Shown: piece by piece, positions 38,725-48,275 of the stretch
How positions within the stretch are numbered: the stretch's first letter is position 1
How the letters are laid out: every line of letters starts with the position of its first letter
DNA from: Thermoanaerobaculia bacterium
GTDB taxonomy: Bacteria > Acidobacteriota > Thermoanaerobaculia > Multivoradales > UBA5704
Direction: 5' to 3'
DNA: 64,000 nucleotides
Assembly (NCBI GenBank): GCA_035490435.1
Contig: DATHEF010000044.1
Coordinates: 67,571-131,570, forward strand
Made by a program: the position numbers and the translations under genes
Notes under the pieces: generated by a model
What the model was told of the DNA's origin: nothing
Databases searched by the model: none
What the model saw: the letters and a program-made list of their open reading frames with translations, nothing else

Positions 38725-38761
38725 ACAGCGTCAATGCCATAGCTCTCTCCGGGTCGGGATC

Positions 38762-40192
38762 TCACTCCCCCGGCCGCGGCAGCACGTCCGGCCACCACCC
38801 TCCGGGAACGTTCACGGGCCACGGGCAGGTCTGCTGGATGTGCAACTCGCGGAACATCGGGCTGTCGTAGCGGAGGTTGAAGCCGAAGCCGTCCTTGCCG
38901 GTGTGGCCGCCGCAACGGTACTGCGAGCCGCCGAGAGCCATGGTGACGAGGAAGACGATCGCCGCGACGGTGTAGATCCGGGTCGCGGTCAGGATCCGCG
39001 GCGCCAGGCGGGACCGGCTGAGCGCGCCCGCCCAGAGGATCACCGGCAGGATGGCCGCGTGGAGCAGGATCAACCCCTGCCACATCATGACTGTCGTCGG
39101 CGAGAGCGCGTAGACGATCACCGCCGCGGCGAAGCAGACCCGCGCGTACCCCGCGAGCCAGGAGCGGCCGGTCGTGCCGGGAGCGAGCTTCCGCCCCCAG
39201 AGCCACTGGAACCATGGTTTCCGGCGCCCCCTCCGGCGCCAGAGATAGAGGTTCGCGAGCAAGGGGATGACGAGGGTGACGCCGAGCGCCTGACCGAGGC
39301 GGGTGAGCCCGGGACCCAGCCAGGGGTCGGAGCCGAGAAGGTCCGAGAAGTTGAAGTCCCCGATCCTCTCCGCGACCGAGAGCGAGGCGTAGCGCAGCCA
39401 GTACAGAAGGCCGCGCGCCAGCGGGAAGACGAGGATCAGGCCGCGCCCGAGGAACCCCTTGCTGGCCTCGGTGACGATGGCGGGATGGGCCGTGACCTCG
39501 ATCGCCCAGGGGACCAGCGGGATCGCCGCGACCAGCCCGCCGAGGAATCCCCCCGTCCAGTGCACCCGGAAGTACCGGCGCCACCAGAGCAGCAGCGAGG
39601 CAACCGCCAGCAGCAGGCAGGACGGGTGGATCTGGAACGCCAGTCCCAGCCCGGCGGCGTGCAGGAAGGAGGGCCAGAAGCGCGCGCGCTCGCGCTGGAC
39701 GAGAGCGCTCCAGAGGTGGATCGCTCCGGCCAGAAAGAGATAGTTCGGGTTCCAGAGGAACGAGGCGAAGTAGAGCTGCCAGGGGTTCAGCCAGTAGAGG
39801 AGAGCGAGCAGCACCCGCTCGTGGGGGGAGAGGATGCGCTTGAGCGTGCCGTCCAGGATCAGGTAGGCGAGGGCGTGGAAGAGCAGCACGAGGGCGCTCG
39901 CCGCCCGGTGGTCCCGCCAGAGGAAGAGCGGCAGGCCGACCAGCAGGCTGGTGATCCCCCCCGGCGCCTTGCCCCCCGTGGACAGCGGGTTGCCGTAGGA
40001 GATCCAGTGCCCCTTCGCGGCCAGCAGCCAGCCGCGGGCGAGGAGGTTGAGCTGGTCGCCCGCCACCTGGCTGCGGGCGAGCATCAGGAGGGCGATCGCC
40101 AGCCCGATGGCGAAGAGAGTCCAGACGATGCGGGACGCGGCCGCCGGTGTGAGCCGGTGGCTGGTGAGCCGAGGGATGACCGGAGCGCTCAT
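38762..40192 (-). CDS. Polytopic membrane protein, possible GT-C-type glycosyltransferase (PMT/ArnT-like)
   Basis: >=10 predicted TMs, aromatic-rich loops; TTG at 40219 is an alternative start to ATG at 40192. Confidence 0.55.
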   Translation of the reverse strand: MSAPVIPRLTSHRLTPAAASRIVWTLFAIGLAIALLMLARSQVAGDQLNLLARGWLLAAKGHWISYGNPLSTGGKAPGGITSLLVGLPLFLWRDHRAASALVLLFHALAYLILDGTLKRILSPHERVLLALLYWLNPWQLYFASFLWNPNYLFLAGAIHLWSALVQRERARFWPSFLHAAGLGLAFQIHPSCLLLAVASLLLWWRRYFRVHWTGGFLGGLVAAIPLVPWAIEVTAHPAIVTEASKGFLGRGLILVFPLARGLLYWLRYASLSVAERIGDFNFSDLLGSDPWLGPGLTRLGQALGVTLVIPLLANLYLWRRRGRRKPWFQWLWGRKLAPGTTGRSWLAGYARVCFAAAVIVYALSPTTVMMWQGLILLHAAILPVILWAGALSRSRLAPRILTATRIYTVAAIVFLVTMALGGSQYRCGGHTGKDGFGFNLRYDSPMFRELHIQQTCPWPVNVPGGWWPDVLPRPGE

Positions 40193-40228
40193 GCGAGTGC
40201 GCAGGGTAGCGAAAGGCAAGGGCTGGGT

Positions 40229-40882
40229 CTACCGGCTGCTCGATCCGCCGGCGAGCTCCAGCAGTCCAAAGCGGGCCGGCTTGTGAAAATCGGCGGGGCG
40301 GGTCAGGGTCGGCGACCAGGCGCTGAATTCGGGCTCGCCGTCGCGGGGGCGCTCGATCCGGTAGAGGTTGGCCCGCCAGATCCGCGGTGGCCGTTCCGTG
40401 GGTGAGATCCCTTCCCAGGGGATGGAGAGCCAGGCCCACCAGTCCTGCCGCATCGTCCCGGCCCCCGCCGCCCAGTGCAGGCCGGGGCAGTCCCAGGACG
40501 GATCGCCCGTCATGTCGGCCCGCAGGGAGGTGGGGTTGTGGATGGTGGCGTCGAAGAGGGTGCCGAGAGGGCTCACCTCGAGCTCGAAGTAGCGGACGGG
40601 GTCCTCCTCCCCCGAAGCGAGGAAGATCTCGACCGCCTCCTCCTGATAGACCGGATCGTTCCGCTGCCGGAAGGTCCCCCAGGCGTCGCGGTCCTCGCAG
40701 TCGAAGCGGACGTGGAGCGCCAGCTCATCCCAGCAGAGGCGTCCCCGCGTCTGCTGAACCGCCGGGCCGCTGCCGTCGGCGAGCTGAAAGGGGGGCAGGG
40801 CGGGGATCTCGTCCCAGGCCCAGGAACCGGGATCGGCAGGGTCCCAGGAGGCGGGTCGCCGGGGGACGGGGTGGCGGTGCAT
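40229..40882 (-). CDS. Carbohydrate-binding family 9 (CBM9)-like / DOMON-like domain protein
   Basis: Trp-rich beta-sandwich signature resembling CBM9 (FDCEDRDAWGTFRQRNDPVYQEEAVEIFL). Confidence 0.55.
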   Translation of the reverse strand: MHRHPVPRRPASWDPADPGSWAWDEIPALPPFQLADGSGPAVQQTRGRLCWDELALHVRFDCEDRDAWGTFRQRNDPVYQEEAVEIFLASGEEDPVRYFELEVSPLGTLFDATIHNPTSLRADMTGDPSWDCPGLHWAAGAGTMRQDWWAWLSIPWEGISPTERPPRIWRANLYRIERPRDGEPEFSAWSPTLTRPADFHKPARFGLLELAGGSSSR

Positions 40883-40958
40883 GGCGGGATTGTAGCGGCC
40901 TGCTTCGCCCGGGCGGGCAGGCCACCTGCGATAAACTCCCTCCGCGACCGGGAACTCT

Positions 40959-41580
40959 CATGGCCAAACCCTTCCTCAACGACGATTCGAAAGCAGCGCT
41001 CTCCGAGGCGGTGCGCGCGGTCGAGATGGCGAGCAGCGCCGAGCTGGTGATCGCGGTCCGGCCGCGGACGGGCTCGTATCTGCACGCCGACCTGGGTTTC
41101 GGCATCCTGATGGGGTTCGCGGCGCTCGCCGTGCTCCTCTTCTCGCCCTGGATCTTCGCGCCGGTCTGGGTCCTGATCGATCCCTTCCTGATCGGCGCCC
41201 TCGCGGGGCTTGTGGGCTCGCGGAGCGCGCGCCTGCGGCGGGCGTTCACGCTGGGGCGCGAGCGCCGGCAGCGGGTCGAGGCCGCGGCCCGGTCCACCTT
41301 CGTCGAGCGGCGCGTCCACGGCACGAGCGGGCGGACGGGCATCCTTTTGTACGTCTCCGTTCTCGAGCGCGAGGCGGCTTTCGTGGCCGATCTCGGAGTC
41401 GAGGCCCTGGCGGCCACGGAGGCGTGGCGGCGCGCGCTGGGGGAGATCGAGCAGGCGGTCCGGGACAAGGAAGATGGCGTCGCGGTGGCGGCGCGGATCC
41501 GCGCCCTCGCCCCCCTTCTGGCCCCCGCCCTGGCGCGGGGCGAGAACGACGTCGACGAGCTGCCGAACGAGGTGTGCTGA
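40959..41580 (+). CDS. TPM-domain (YgcG-like) membrane protein
   Basis: TPM signature LSEAVRAVEMASSAELVIAV ... GILLYVSVLEREAAFVADLGVE, with inserted TM helices. Confidence 0.6.
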
Positions 41581-41582
41581 CC

Positions 41583-43106
41583 GTGAAGTCTTCCCTCCGG
41601 CCGCTCCGCCATCTCCTCCCCTTCCTGGGTTTCCTCGCCCTCCTGCTGGCGCCCGCAGTGGCGTTCGCCCGGGCGGGCGGCGGCGAGAGCTACTCCGGAG
41701 GCGGGAGTAGCGGCGGCGGGGGCGGCGATGGCGGCGGCCTCATCTACCTGGTGATCCGGCTGCTGTTCTGGCTGATCATCCATCATCCGTTGATCGGTAT
41801 CCCGTTGACGATCGTGATCGTCTACGCCTTTATCAAGTACCAGAAGCGCACGGGCGCCGCCGGCTCCCAGCGCTGGGACTCGGCGCCGCCCAGGACCGCC
41901 CCGGCGCCGCGGGCCTCGCGCGACCTGGACGACCTGCGCGCGCTCGACCCCGAGTTCTCGGTGGTGCTCTTCGAGGATTTCGCCTATGCCCTGTTCGCCC
42001 GCGCCCACCAGGCGCGCTCCAGCGAGCGGGACCTCGAGGCGCTCTCGCCCTACCTCTCCCCGGCGGCCCGCGCGCAGCTCGCCCAGCGCCCGCCGGTGGG
42101 CGCCCCGGTCTCGGGGGTGGTGATCGGGGCGATGCGGGTCGTCGCGCTGTCGATCCCGCCGGCCGCGCCGGGAGGACCGCCGGCGCGCGCGGTGGTGACC
42201 CTGGAGTTCGAGGCCAACATGACGGTGGGGCCGGCGGAGGGGACGACAGGCGGGGAGCGCACCCACTACGTCAAGGAGGTCTGGCGCCTGGAGCGCGACG
42301 CCAATGTGCGGAGCAAGCCGCCGGAGCGGGCGCTCTCCTTCCAGTGCCCCAACTGCGGCGCGCCGTTCGGCCCCGAGGGCGGGGACCGCTGCCAGTACTG
42401 CGGCGAGGTGGTCTCGGGCGGCCGGTTCGACTGGAGCGTCGAGGCGATCGGTCTGGTACAGATGGAGGAGCGCCCCCCGGCCCTCACCTCCAACGTCCAG
42501 GAGGCGGGCACGGACTTCCCGACGATCTTCCACCCCCAGTTGAACGCCCGCTGGGCGGAGCTGGTGCGCGAGGACCCCGGCGTCACCCAGGAGGGGCTCA
42601 ACGCCCGGCTCCAGCTCATCTACGGCGAGCTCAACGGCGGGTGGTCCCGCCGCGACCTCGCGGGCGTCCGCCCCTTCGTCTCGGACGGCCTCTTCAACTA
42701 CCTCCAGTACTGGATCGCCGCCTATGAGAAGCAGGGGCTGCGCAACGTCCTGGAGGGGATGCGGATCGTCGACTGGAAGACGGTCAAGATCGTGCGCGAC
42801 CGCCACTACGACTCGCTGACCGTCCGCCTCTGGGGCTCGGGGCGGGATACCACCGTCCGCGAGGCGAACGGGGAGGTCGTCTCGGGCAATCCGCGTCGCG
42901 ACCGCCTCTACTCCGAATATTGGACGCTGATCCGCGGCGCCGGGGTGAAGGGCACGCCGCGCGCCGACAAGAGCTGCCCCAACTGCGGCGCGCCGCTCGA
43001 CGTCAACATGGCTGGCCAGTGCGAGCACTGCGGCGCCAAGATCACCAGCGGCGAGTTCGACTGGGTCCTGTCGAAGATCGAGCAGGACGATTCCTATACA
43101 GGGTAG
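41583..43106 (+). CDS. Tim44-like domain protein with two zinc-ribbon motifs
   Basis: GTG start 3 nt after previous stop; signal/TM, Gly-rich spacer, TM, then two repeats each with CPNCGAP...C..CG + G(R/E)FDW(S/V) Tim44-like C-terminus. Confidence 0.65.
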   Translation: MKSSLRPLRHLLPFLGFLALLLAPAVAFARAGGGESYSGGGSSGGGGGDGGGLIYLVIRLLFWLIIHHPLIGIPLTIVIVYAFIKYQKRTGAAGSQRWDSAPPRTAPAPRASRDLDDLRALDPEFSVVLFEDFAYALFARAHQARSSERDLEALSPYLSPAARAQLAQRPPVGAPVSGVVIGAMRVVALSIPPAAPGGPPARAVVTLEFEANMTVGPAEGTTGGERTHYVKEVWRLERDANVRSKPPERALSFQCPNCGAPFGPEGGDRCQYCGEVVSGGRFDWSVEAIGLVQMEERPPALTSNVQEAGTDFPTIFHPQLNARWAELVREDPGVTQEGLNARLQLIYGELNGGWSRRDLAGVRPFVSDGLFNYLQYWIAAYEKQGLRNVLEGMRIVDWKTVKIVRDRHYDSLTVRLWGSGRDTTVREANGEVVSGNPRRDRLYSEYWTLIRGAGVKGTPRADKSCPNCGAPLDVNMAGQCEHCGAKITSGEFDWVLSKIEQDDSYTG

Positions 43107-43424
43107 CTACCCGTTCGCGCACTCCCCGTCGTGGTCCTTCTGAGCCCCGGCCGCGCGCCGCGTGCAGTCGTTGCCGTAGGTCTTGCCGTCACAGCCGCAG
43201 ACGGCGTGGTACTCCTTGGTGCAGGCACCCGGCTTCTCCGCGCAGGTCCCCTGGAGATCGGCCGACCGGCACTGGCCGGCGGGCAGCTCGCAGAACTTCC
43301 CCTCCGGACAGGCCGCCCCTCGAAGGCCGCCGCAGACCGCCGCCGCTTGATCGGAAGATTGGTTGGCGGCGCAGGCCGCGACGGCCAGGATCAGCACCAG
43401 GGGCACGTAGAGAAGCTTTCGCAT
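43107..43424 (-). CDS. Kazal-type serine protease inhibitor domain lipoprotein
   Basis: Lipobox LAVAAC; Kazal signature CGCDGKTYGNDC...C. Confidence 0.75.
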   Translation of the reverse strand: MRKLLYVPLVLILAVAACAANQSSDQAAAVCGGLRGAACPEGKFCELPAGQCRSADLQGTCAEKPGACTKEYHAVCGCDGKTYGNDCTRRAAGAQKDHDGECANG

Positions 43425-43437
43425 CGTTCGATCCTCC

Positions 43438-43767
43438 TCAGGTCGCCGCGAGGTCCTCGAGCGTCATGCCCGAGGCCAGCGCCTCGTTGACCCAGATCGG
43501 CCGCTTGCCGCGCCCCGACCAGGTCTGGATCGGGTTGGCGGGATTGCGGTACTTCACCGGCACCGACAGGACTTTGCCCTTCTCTCCCCGCAGAACCTCC
43601 TCGAGGGTCATGCCGAGGCTTCCCGCCAGCTCCCGCATCTGATTCAGCACCCGTTCCCGGTCCGCCTCGCGGCGGCTCACGACCTCCGTCTCGATGTCCC
43701 GCGCCAGGCTCTGCAACTCGTCCAGGGAAAGCTTCGAAAGATCGATCACCGTCTTCGCCATTCTCAT
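43438..43767 (-). CDS. H-NS-family nucleoid-associated protein
   Basis: Coiled-coil N-terminal domain; C-terminal DNA-binding motif KYRNPANPIQTWSGRGKRPIW. Confidence 0.8.
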   Translation of the reverse strand: MRMAKTVIDLSKLSLDELQSLARDIETEVVSRREADRERVLNQMRELAGSLGMTLEEVLRGEKGKVLSVPVKYRNPANPIQTWSGRGKRPIWVNEALASGMTLEDLAAT

Positions 43768-43798
43768 CTCCCTCCTTGCTCAAATCATCAGAAGTTTA

Positions 43799-44791
43799 TC
43801 AACAGGCCGCCAGCAACTCCGCCCTCTCCTCGGACGTGAGGAAGGCGGCCTCGACCGCCGTCTCCTGCATCCGGCGGATCTCCGCCTCCGAGAGGCCCAG
43901 CTCCCCGGCGGCCACCCGGTACTCGTGAGCAAGATCGAGGCCGCTGATGCTCGGGTCGTCCGTGTTGAGGGTGCAGCGGAGCCCCCGCCGCAGCAGGGCG
44001 GGCAGCGGGTGGGAGCGGTAATCCCGCACGGTGCTGGTGTGCAGGTTGCTCGTCGGGCAGACCTCCAGGGGCACGCCGCGCTCGGCGAGCAGGTCGAGCA
44101 CCGCCGGGTCCTCGATGGCGCGGATGCCGTGGCCGATCCGTTCGGCTCCGAGGCCGAGCACCGCCTGGCGGACGCTCGCGGCCCCCGCCGCCTCGCCGGC
44201 GTGGGCGATCGTGCGCAGCCCGGCCTCGCGAGCCTCCTGGAAGTGGCGGACGAACAGCTCGCCGGGGAAGTTCGCCTCGTCGCCGGCGAGATCGAGCGCC
44301 ACCACCCCGCGGTCCCGGCCGCGGATCGCCGCCGCCAGCTCGACGCGGCCGATCTCCGGCCCGTAGTGGCGGGAGATGATGCCGATCAGCTTCGCCCGCA
44401 CCGGGATCGTCCCCCGCCCCGCCTCCAGCGCGTCGCAGACGGCGTCGACTACCCCGAAGGTGTCGAGCCCGTGCTCCTCGCCCATGAAGTAGGGGCTGAA
44501 CCGCAGCTCGATGTAGTCGATCCCCTCGCGGGCCGCGTCCTCCAGGTTCTCGCGCACGATCCGCCGCACGGCGTCGTAGTCCACCATCACCCGGCGCAGC
44601 AGAGCGAACTTGGCGATGAAGTGGACGAGGCTCGGCTCGCGCTCGGTGATCTGGACGTGGGGGCGCAGCCCCTCCACCGTCCAGGCCGGCAGCTCCAGTC
44701 CGTGGCGCCGGGCGAGGTCCAGCACGGTTTCGATCCGGACGTTGCCGTCCAGGTGGCGGTGCAGCTCGACCAGCGGATATCCTTCACGCAT
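43799..44791 (-). CDS. add: Adenosine deaminase
   Basis: Motifs VELHRHLDGN, HAGE, VCPTSN. Confidence 0.9.
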   Translation of the reverse strand: MREGYPLVELHRHLDGNVRIETVLDLARRHGLELPAWTVEGLRPHVQITEREPSLVHFIAKFALLRRVMVDYDAVRRIVRENLEDAAREGIDYIELRFSPYFMGEEHGLDTFGVVDAVCDALEAGRGTIPVRAKLIGIISRHYGPEIGRVELAAAIRGRDRGVVALDLAGDEANFPGELFVRHFQEAREAGLRTIAHAGEAAGAASVRQAVLGLGAERIGHGIRAIEDPAVLDLLAERGVPLEVCPTSNLHTSTVRDYRSHPLPALLRRGLRCTLNTDDPSISGLDLAHEYRVAAGELGLSEAEIRRMQETAVEAAFLTSEERAELLAAC

Positions 44792-44984
44792 TCGTTCTCC
44801 TCCGGGGGGATCTTACGAGATCAGAGATTCGCGGGTCCGTCCGTCTACCAGAGCGCCGCTATGAGAGCCCTACGATTGCTGCGCCGGAGGCGCCGACGCC
44901 ACGCTTTCTGGCGCCATCTCCACCGGTTGGTCCAGAAGAGCCGCCGGTGGTGGGGGTCGATCTAGAGAGGCTTACCGGCACGCT

Positions 44985-46466
44985 TTATCGGCAAGAACCG
45001 CCCGAGCAGGTCCGCAGCTTCGCCAGACGCCTGGCGAGGTCCTGCCGGACCGCCGCGAACGCGGGGTCGGCGTGCAGGCTGCGCAGCTCGTTGGGATCGG
45101 TCTGGAGATCGTAGAGCTCGCGGTCGCCGTTCTTGTACTCGGCGTAGAACCAGCGCGGATCGCGTAGCGCGGTGAACGGCGGTTTGCCGCCCCCCTCGCC
45201 GAAGCCCTCGATCAGCAGCGTCCGGCTCTTCCCCTGTTCGGGGTTGAGGACCAGGGGGAGCAGCGGCTGGCCGTCCATCACCCGGCGGGCGCGGGCTCCG
45301 GTGAGGGCCACGATGGTTGGCGCGAGGTCGATGTTGGAGACCGGCTGCGTGACCGTGGCCCCCGCCGGGAAACCGCCGGCGGCGCCGTGCCCATCGAAAC
45401 CCCGGCCATCGAAAATAATCAGCGGCACCCGGATCGACTCCTCGTAGGGGAGGTACTTGCCCTCGGTGACGCGGTGCTCGCCGAAGAAGAAGCCGTTGTC
45501 CGAGGTGAAGATGATAACCGTGCGGCCGAGCTGGCCGGTGTCGTCGAGGGTTTTGACCAGCTTTTCGACGAGATCGTCGACGGCGAGCAGCGAGGCGAGG
45601 CAGGCGCGATAGGTCTCTGCCACGTGGGCCTTCTTCGCCGCGCTGAGCCGCGGCCGGCCGCTGATGTTGGCCGGCTTGTCCGCGACGTCGGCCTCGTCGA
45701 ACGAGGATTTGACCGGCAGCGGCTCCCCGCCGAACTTTCCCGCGTAGCGAGGGGCCGGCCGCGGCGGGATCTGGTCGGCGTTGCGGCTGAGCCTTTCAAG
45801 GTGCGGCGAGGTCGGCGCCACGGTGAGGAAGAACGGCTGGCCGGAGCCCGCCCGCGAGCGCAGGACCTCGTCGGCCTTGGCCGCGATCACGTCCGTCTGG
45901 TAATCCTTGGCGGCGCTCTTGTAGCTCACCGGCGTGCCGTCGTCGCTCACCGTGTAGTTGAACAGCCGGTAGGTCGTGGGATCGATCAGCCCGAACCAGC
46001 GCGACCAGCCCGGAGGGGGCTCGGGAGAGCTCACCCCGTAGTTGTTGAGGTACTTGCCGACGTGGGCGGTGTAGTAGCCGGCCTCCTGGAGCCAGACCGG
46101 CAGCGTGTTCTTGTGGTCCAGGTGCGGGTAGCCGCCGTGTGGTCCGCCGTTGGCGAGCACGCCGTGGTTGTGGGCGTACTGGCCGGTGAGGAAGGTCGAG
46201 CGCGAGGGGCAGCAGAGCGAGATGTCGACGAAGCTGTTCGCGAACGAGGTGCCCCGCACCGCCAGCAGCGCCCGGGTCTTCGGCAGGACGCGCATCTGCT
46301 CGACCGTCTGGTCGTCCGTCATGATGACCAGGATGTTGGGATGGGCATCCGCCGCCGCGCGCGCCCGTGTTGCCGCGCGCGCCGAGGCCGGCTGGCCTGA
46401 CGGTCCCGCCGCCAGCGGCAGAAGTCCCAGGGTGAGGATCAGGGCGACCCGGCATAGACCGTTCAT
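44985..46466 (-). CDS. Sulfatase (formylglycine-dependent arylsulfatase family)
   Basis: Signal peptide; sulfatase signature LCCPSRSTFLTGQYAHNHGV. Confidence 0.9.
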   Translation of the reverse strand: MNGLCRVALILTLGLLPLAAGPSGQPASARAATRARAAADAHPNILVIMTDDQTVEQMRVLPKTRALLAVRGTSFANSFVDISLCCPSRSTFLTGQYAHNHGVLANGGPHGGYPHLDHKNTLPVWLQEAGYYTAHVGKYLNNYGVSSPEPPPGWSRWFGLIDPTTYRLFNYTVSDDGTPVSYKSAAKDYQTDVIAAKADEVLRSRAGSGQPFFLTVAPTSPHLERLSRNADQIPPRPAPRYAGKFGGEPLPVKSSFDEADVADKPANISGRPRLSAAKKAHVAETYRACLASLLAVDDLVEKLVKTLDDTGQLGRTVIIFTSDNGFFFGEHRVTEGKYLPYEESIRVPLIIFDGRGFDGHGAAGGFPAGATVTQPVSNIDLAPTIVALTGARARRVMDGQPLLPLVLNPEQGKSRTLLIEGFGEGGGKPPFTALRDPRWFYAEYKNGDRELYDLQTDPNELRSLHADPAFAAVRQDLARRLAKLRTCSGGSCR

Positions 46467-46547
46467 GACACGATTGTACGGATGGAATGAGGAGAACCGT
46501 CAGTTCCGTTCTCGCGGACGAAGACTTTCTTCGTCGAGGAGACCCGT

Positions 46548-47312
46548 ATGAGCCAACCCCGCCATCTTTTCCCGCGCCGCTGGAGCCTTTGGATCGGGGC
46601 CGCCGCCGTCACGCTGGGGCTCCTCGCCGCCTGCGCCGAGCCGGGGCCGGGCACCCATCTGGGCGCCGCGCCCGCCGCCGGGCACACCGCGGGGCTCGTC
46701 GCCAAGCGCGAGCCGGCCAATGTGATGAGCTACGAGCATGCCGACTGGCTGGAGCGCGACGGGCGCGCCGAGCTGGAAAAGCCGGAGCTGGTGATCCAGG
46801 CGATGGAGCTCAGGGAAGGGATGAGCGTCGCCGAGATCGGCGCCGGCACCGGCTTTTTCAGCCGCCGGATCGCCAAGGCGGTGGGTCCCACGGGCAAGGT
46901 CTACGCCGAGGACATCCAGCCCCAGATGATCGACCTCCTCGAGCAGTACACCGCCAGAGAGGGGGTCCAGAACATCGTCACCGTCCTTGGCACCGAGACC
47001 GACCCCAAGCTCCCCGCGCACGGCATCGACCGCATCCTCCTCGTCGACGTCTACCACGAGTTCCAGAAGCCCGAGCCGATGCTCGCCCACATCCGGGACA
47101 GCCTGGCGCCCGGCGGCACCGTCATCCTGGTCGAGTACCGCCTCGAGGGGAGCACCGCCTCCCACATCAACATCAAGCACCGGATGTCGGTCGAGCAGGT
47201 GCTCTCGGAGTGGAACGCGGCGGGCTTCGAGCTGGTGAACCGGCTCGAAACCCTCCCCACGCAGCACGTCTTCATCTTCTCGGCCCGGCGCGGCGCCAGG
47301 GCGCCGGCCTAA
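46548..47312 (+). CDS. Class I SAM-dependent methyltransferase (lipoprotein-like N-terminus)
   Basis: SAM motif VAEIGAGTGFF, acidic loop AEDIQ. Confidence 0.8.
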   Translation: MSQPRHLFPRRWSLWIGAAAVTLGLLAACAEPGPGTHLGAAPAAGHTAGLVAKREPANVMSYEHADWLERDGRAELEKPELVIQAMELREGMSVAEIGAGTGFFSRRIAKAVGPTGKVYAEDIQPQMIDLLEQYTAREGVQNIVTVLGTETDPKLPAHGIDRILLVDVYHEFQKPEPMLAHIRDSLAPGGTVILVEYRLEGSTASHINIKHRMSVEQVLSEWNAAGFELVNRLETLPTQHVFIFSARRGARAPA

Positions 47313-47354
47313 GCGGTCCAGGCGATCTACAATGAGGGGCGGGAGGGGAAGAAC

Positions 47355-48269
47355 ATGGAACCCATCGAACCATTAGCCCGCAGCAAACCCGTGATCCTGG
47401 CGGCGACCGACTTCTCGGATACCGCCGCCGCCGCGCTCGACTGGGCCTTCGAGCTGGCGCGCCAGCAGGGTGGGAGCGTCGAGCTGGTCCACGCCGTCAC
47501 CATACCCCCTTCCATCCCGGGCTACGTTCCCTCCGCGGAGAACTTCCAGGAAGAGGTGACCCAGGCGGCCGAGGCGCGGCTGGCGGAAGCTGCCACGGCA
47601 TTGGGCGGCCGGGGGGGCGAGGTCACGACCTTCCTGGAGGCCGGCACGCCGTCCCAGGTGATCCTCGACCGCGCCGAGGCGATCTCGCCGCTGGCGATCG
47701 TCCTCGGCACGCGCGGGCTGACCGGGCTGCGCCACCTGCTGCTGGGGAGCACCGCTCAGCGGGTGGTCCACGACGCCCACTGCCCGGTGCTGACGGTCCA
47801 TCCCGGCGACTTCGGCAAGCACCGCGTGATCCGCACGATCCTGGTGCCTACCGACTTCTCCCCGGCCGCCGAGCTCGCCATCGCCACCGCCCACCGGCTG
47901 CTGGCGCCGCTGGAGCAGGACGCCCGGCTCATCCTGCTGCACGCCTTCAACCTGCCGGTCGAGTACACCGCCTACGGGGTGATCCCGACCTCGCTCCGCT
48001 ATCTCGAGGATACGGGCCTGGAGGCCGAGCGGCGACTCTACGAGTCCGCCCAGGCTTTGCAGCGGGAGGGACTGACGGTGGAGACGGTCGCCCGCGAGGG
48101 GGACCCGGCGCACGTCATCGCCGAGGAGGCCGAGAAGCGCGGCGCCGACCTGATCACCATGGGCACGCGCGGGCTCTCCGGCCTGCGCCACCTGCTGATG
48201 GGCAGCACCGCCGAGCGGGCCGTCGAGCACGCCCCCTGTCCGGTGATGACGATCCGGCTGCCTACTTGA
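47355..48269 (+). CDS. Universal stress protein (tandem UspA domains)
   Basis: Two Usp domains, each ending GxRG...GS..ERV(V/A). Confidence 0.88.
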   Translation: MEPIEPLARSKPVILAATDFSDTAAAALDWAFELARQQGGSVELVHAVTIPPSIPGYVPSAENFQEEVTQAAEARLAEAATALGGRGGEVTTFLEAGTPSQVILDRAEAISPLAIVLGTRGLTGLRHLLLGSTAQRVVHDAHCPVLTVHPGDFGKHRVIRTILVPTDFSPAAELAIATAHRLLAPLEQDARLILLHAFNLPVEYTAYGVIPTSLRYLEDTGLEAERRLYESAQALQREGLTVETVAREGDPAHVIAEEAEKRGADLITMGTRGLSGLRHLLMGSTAERAVEHAPCPVMTIRLPT

Positions 48270-48275
48270 TCCGGC

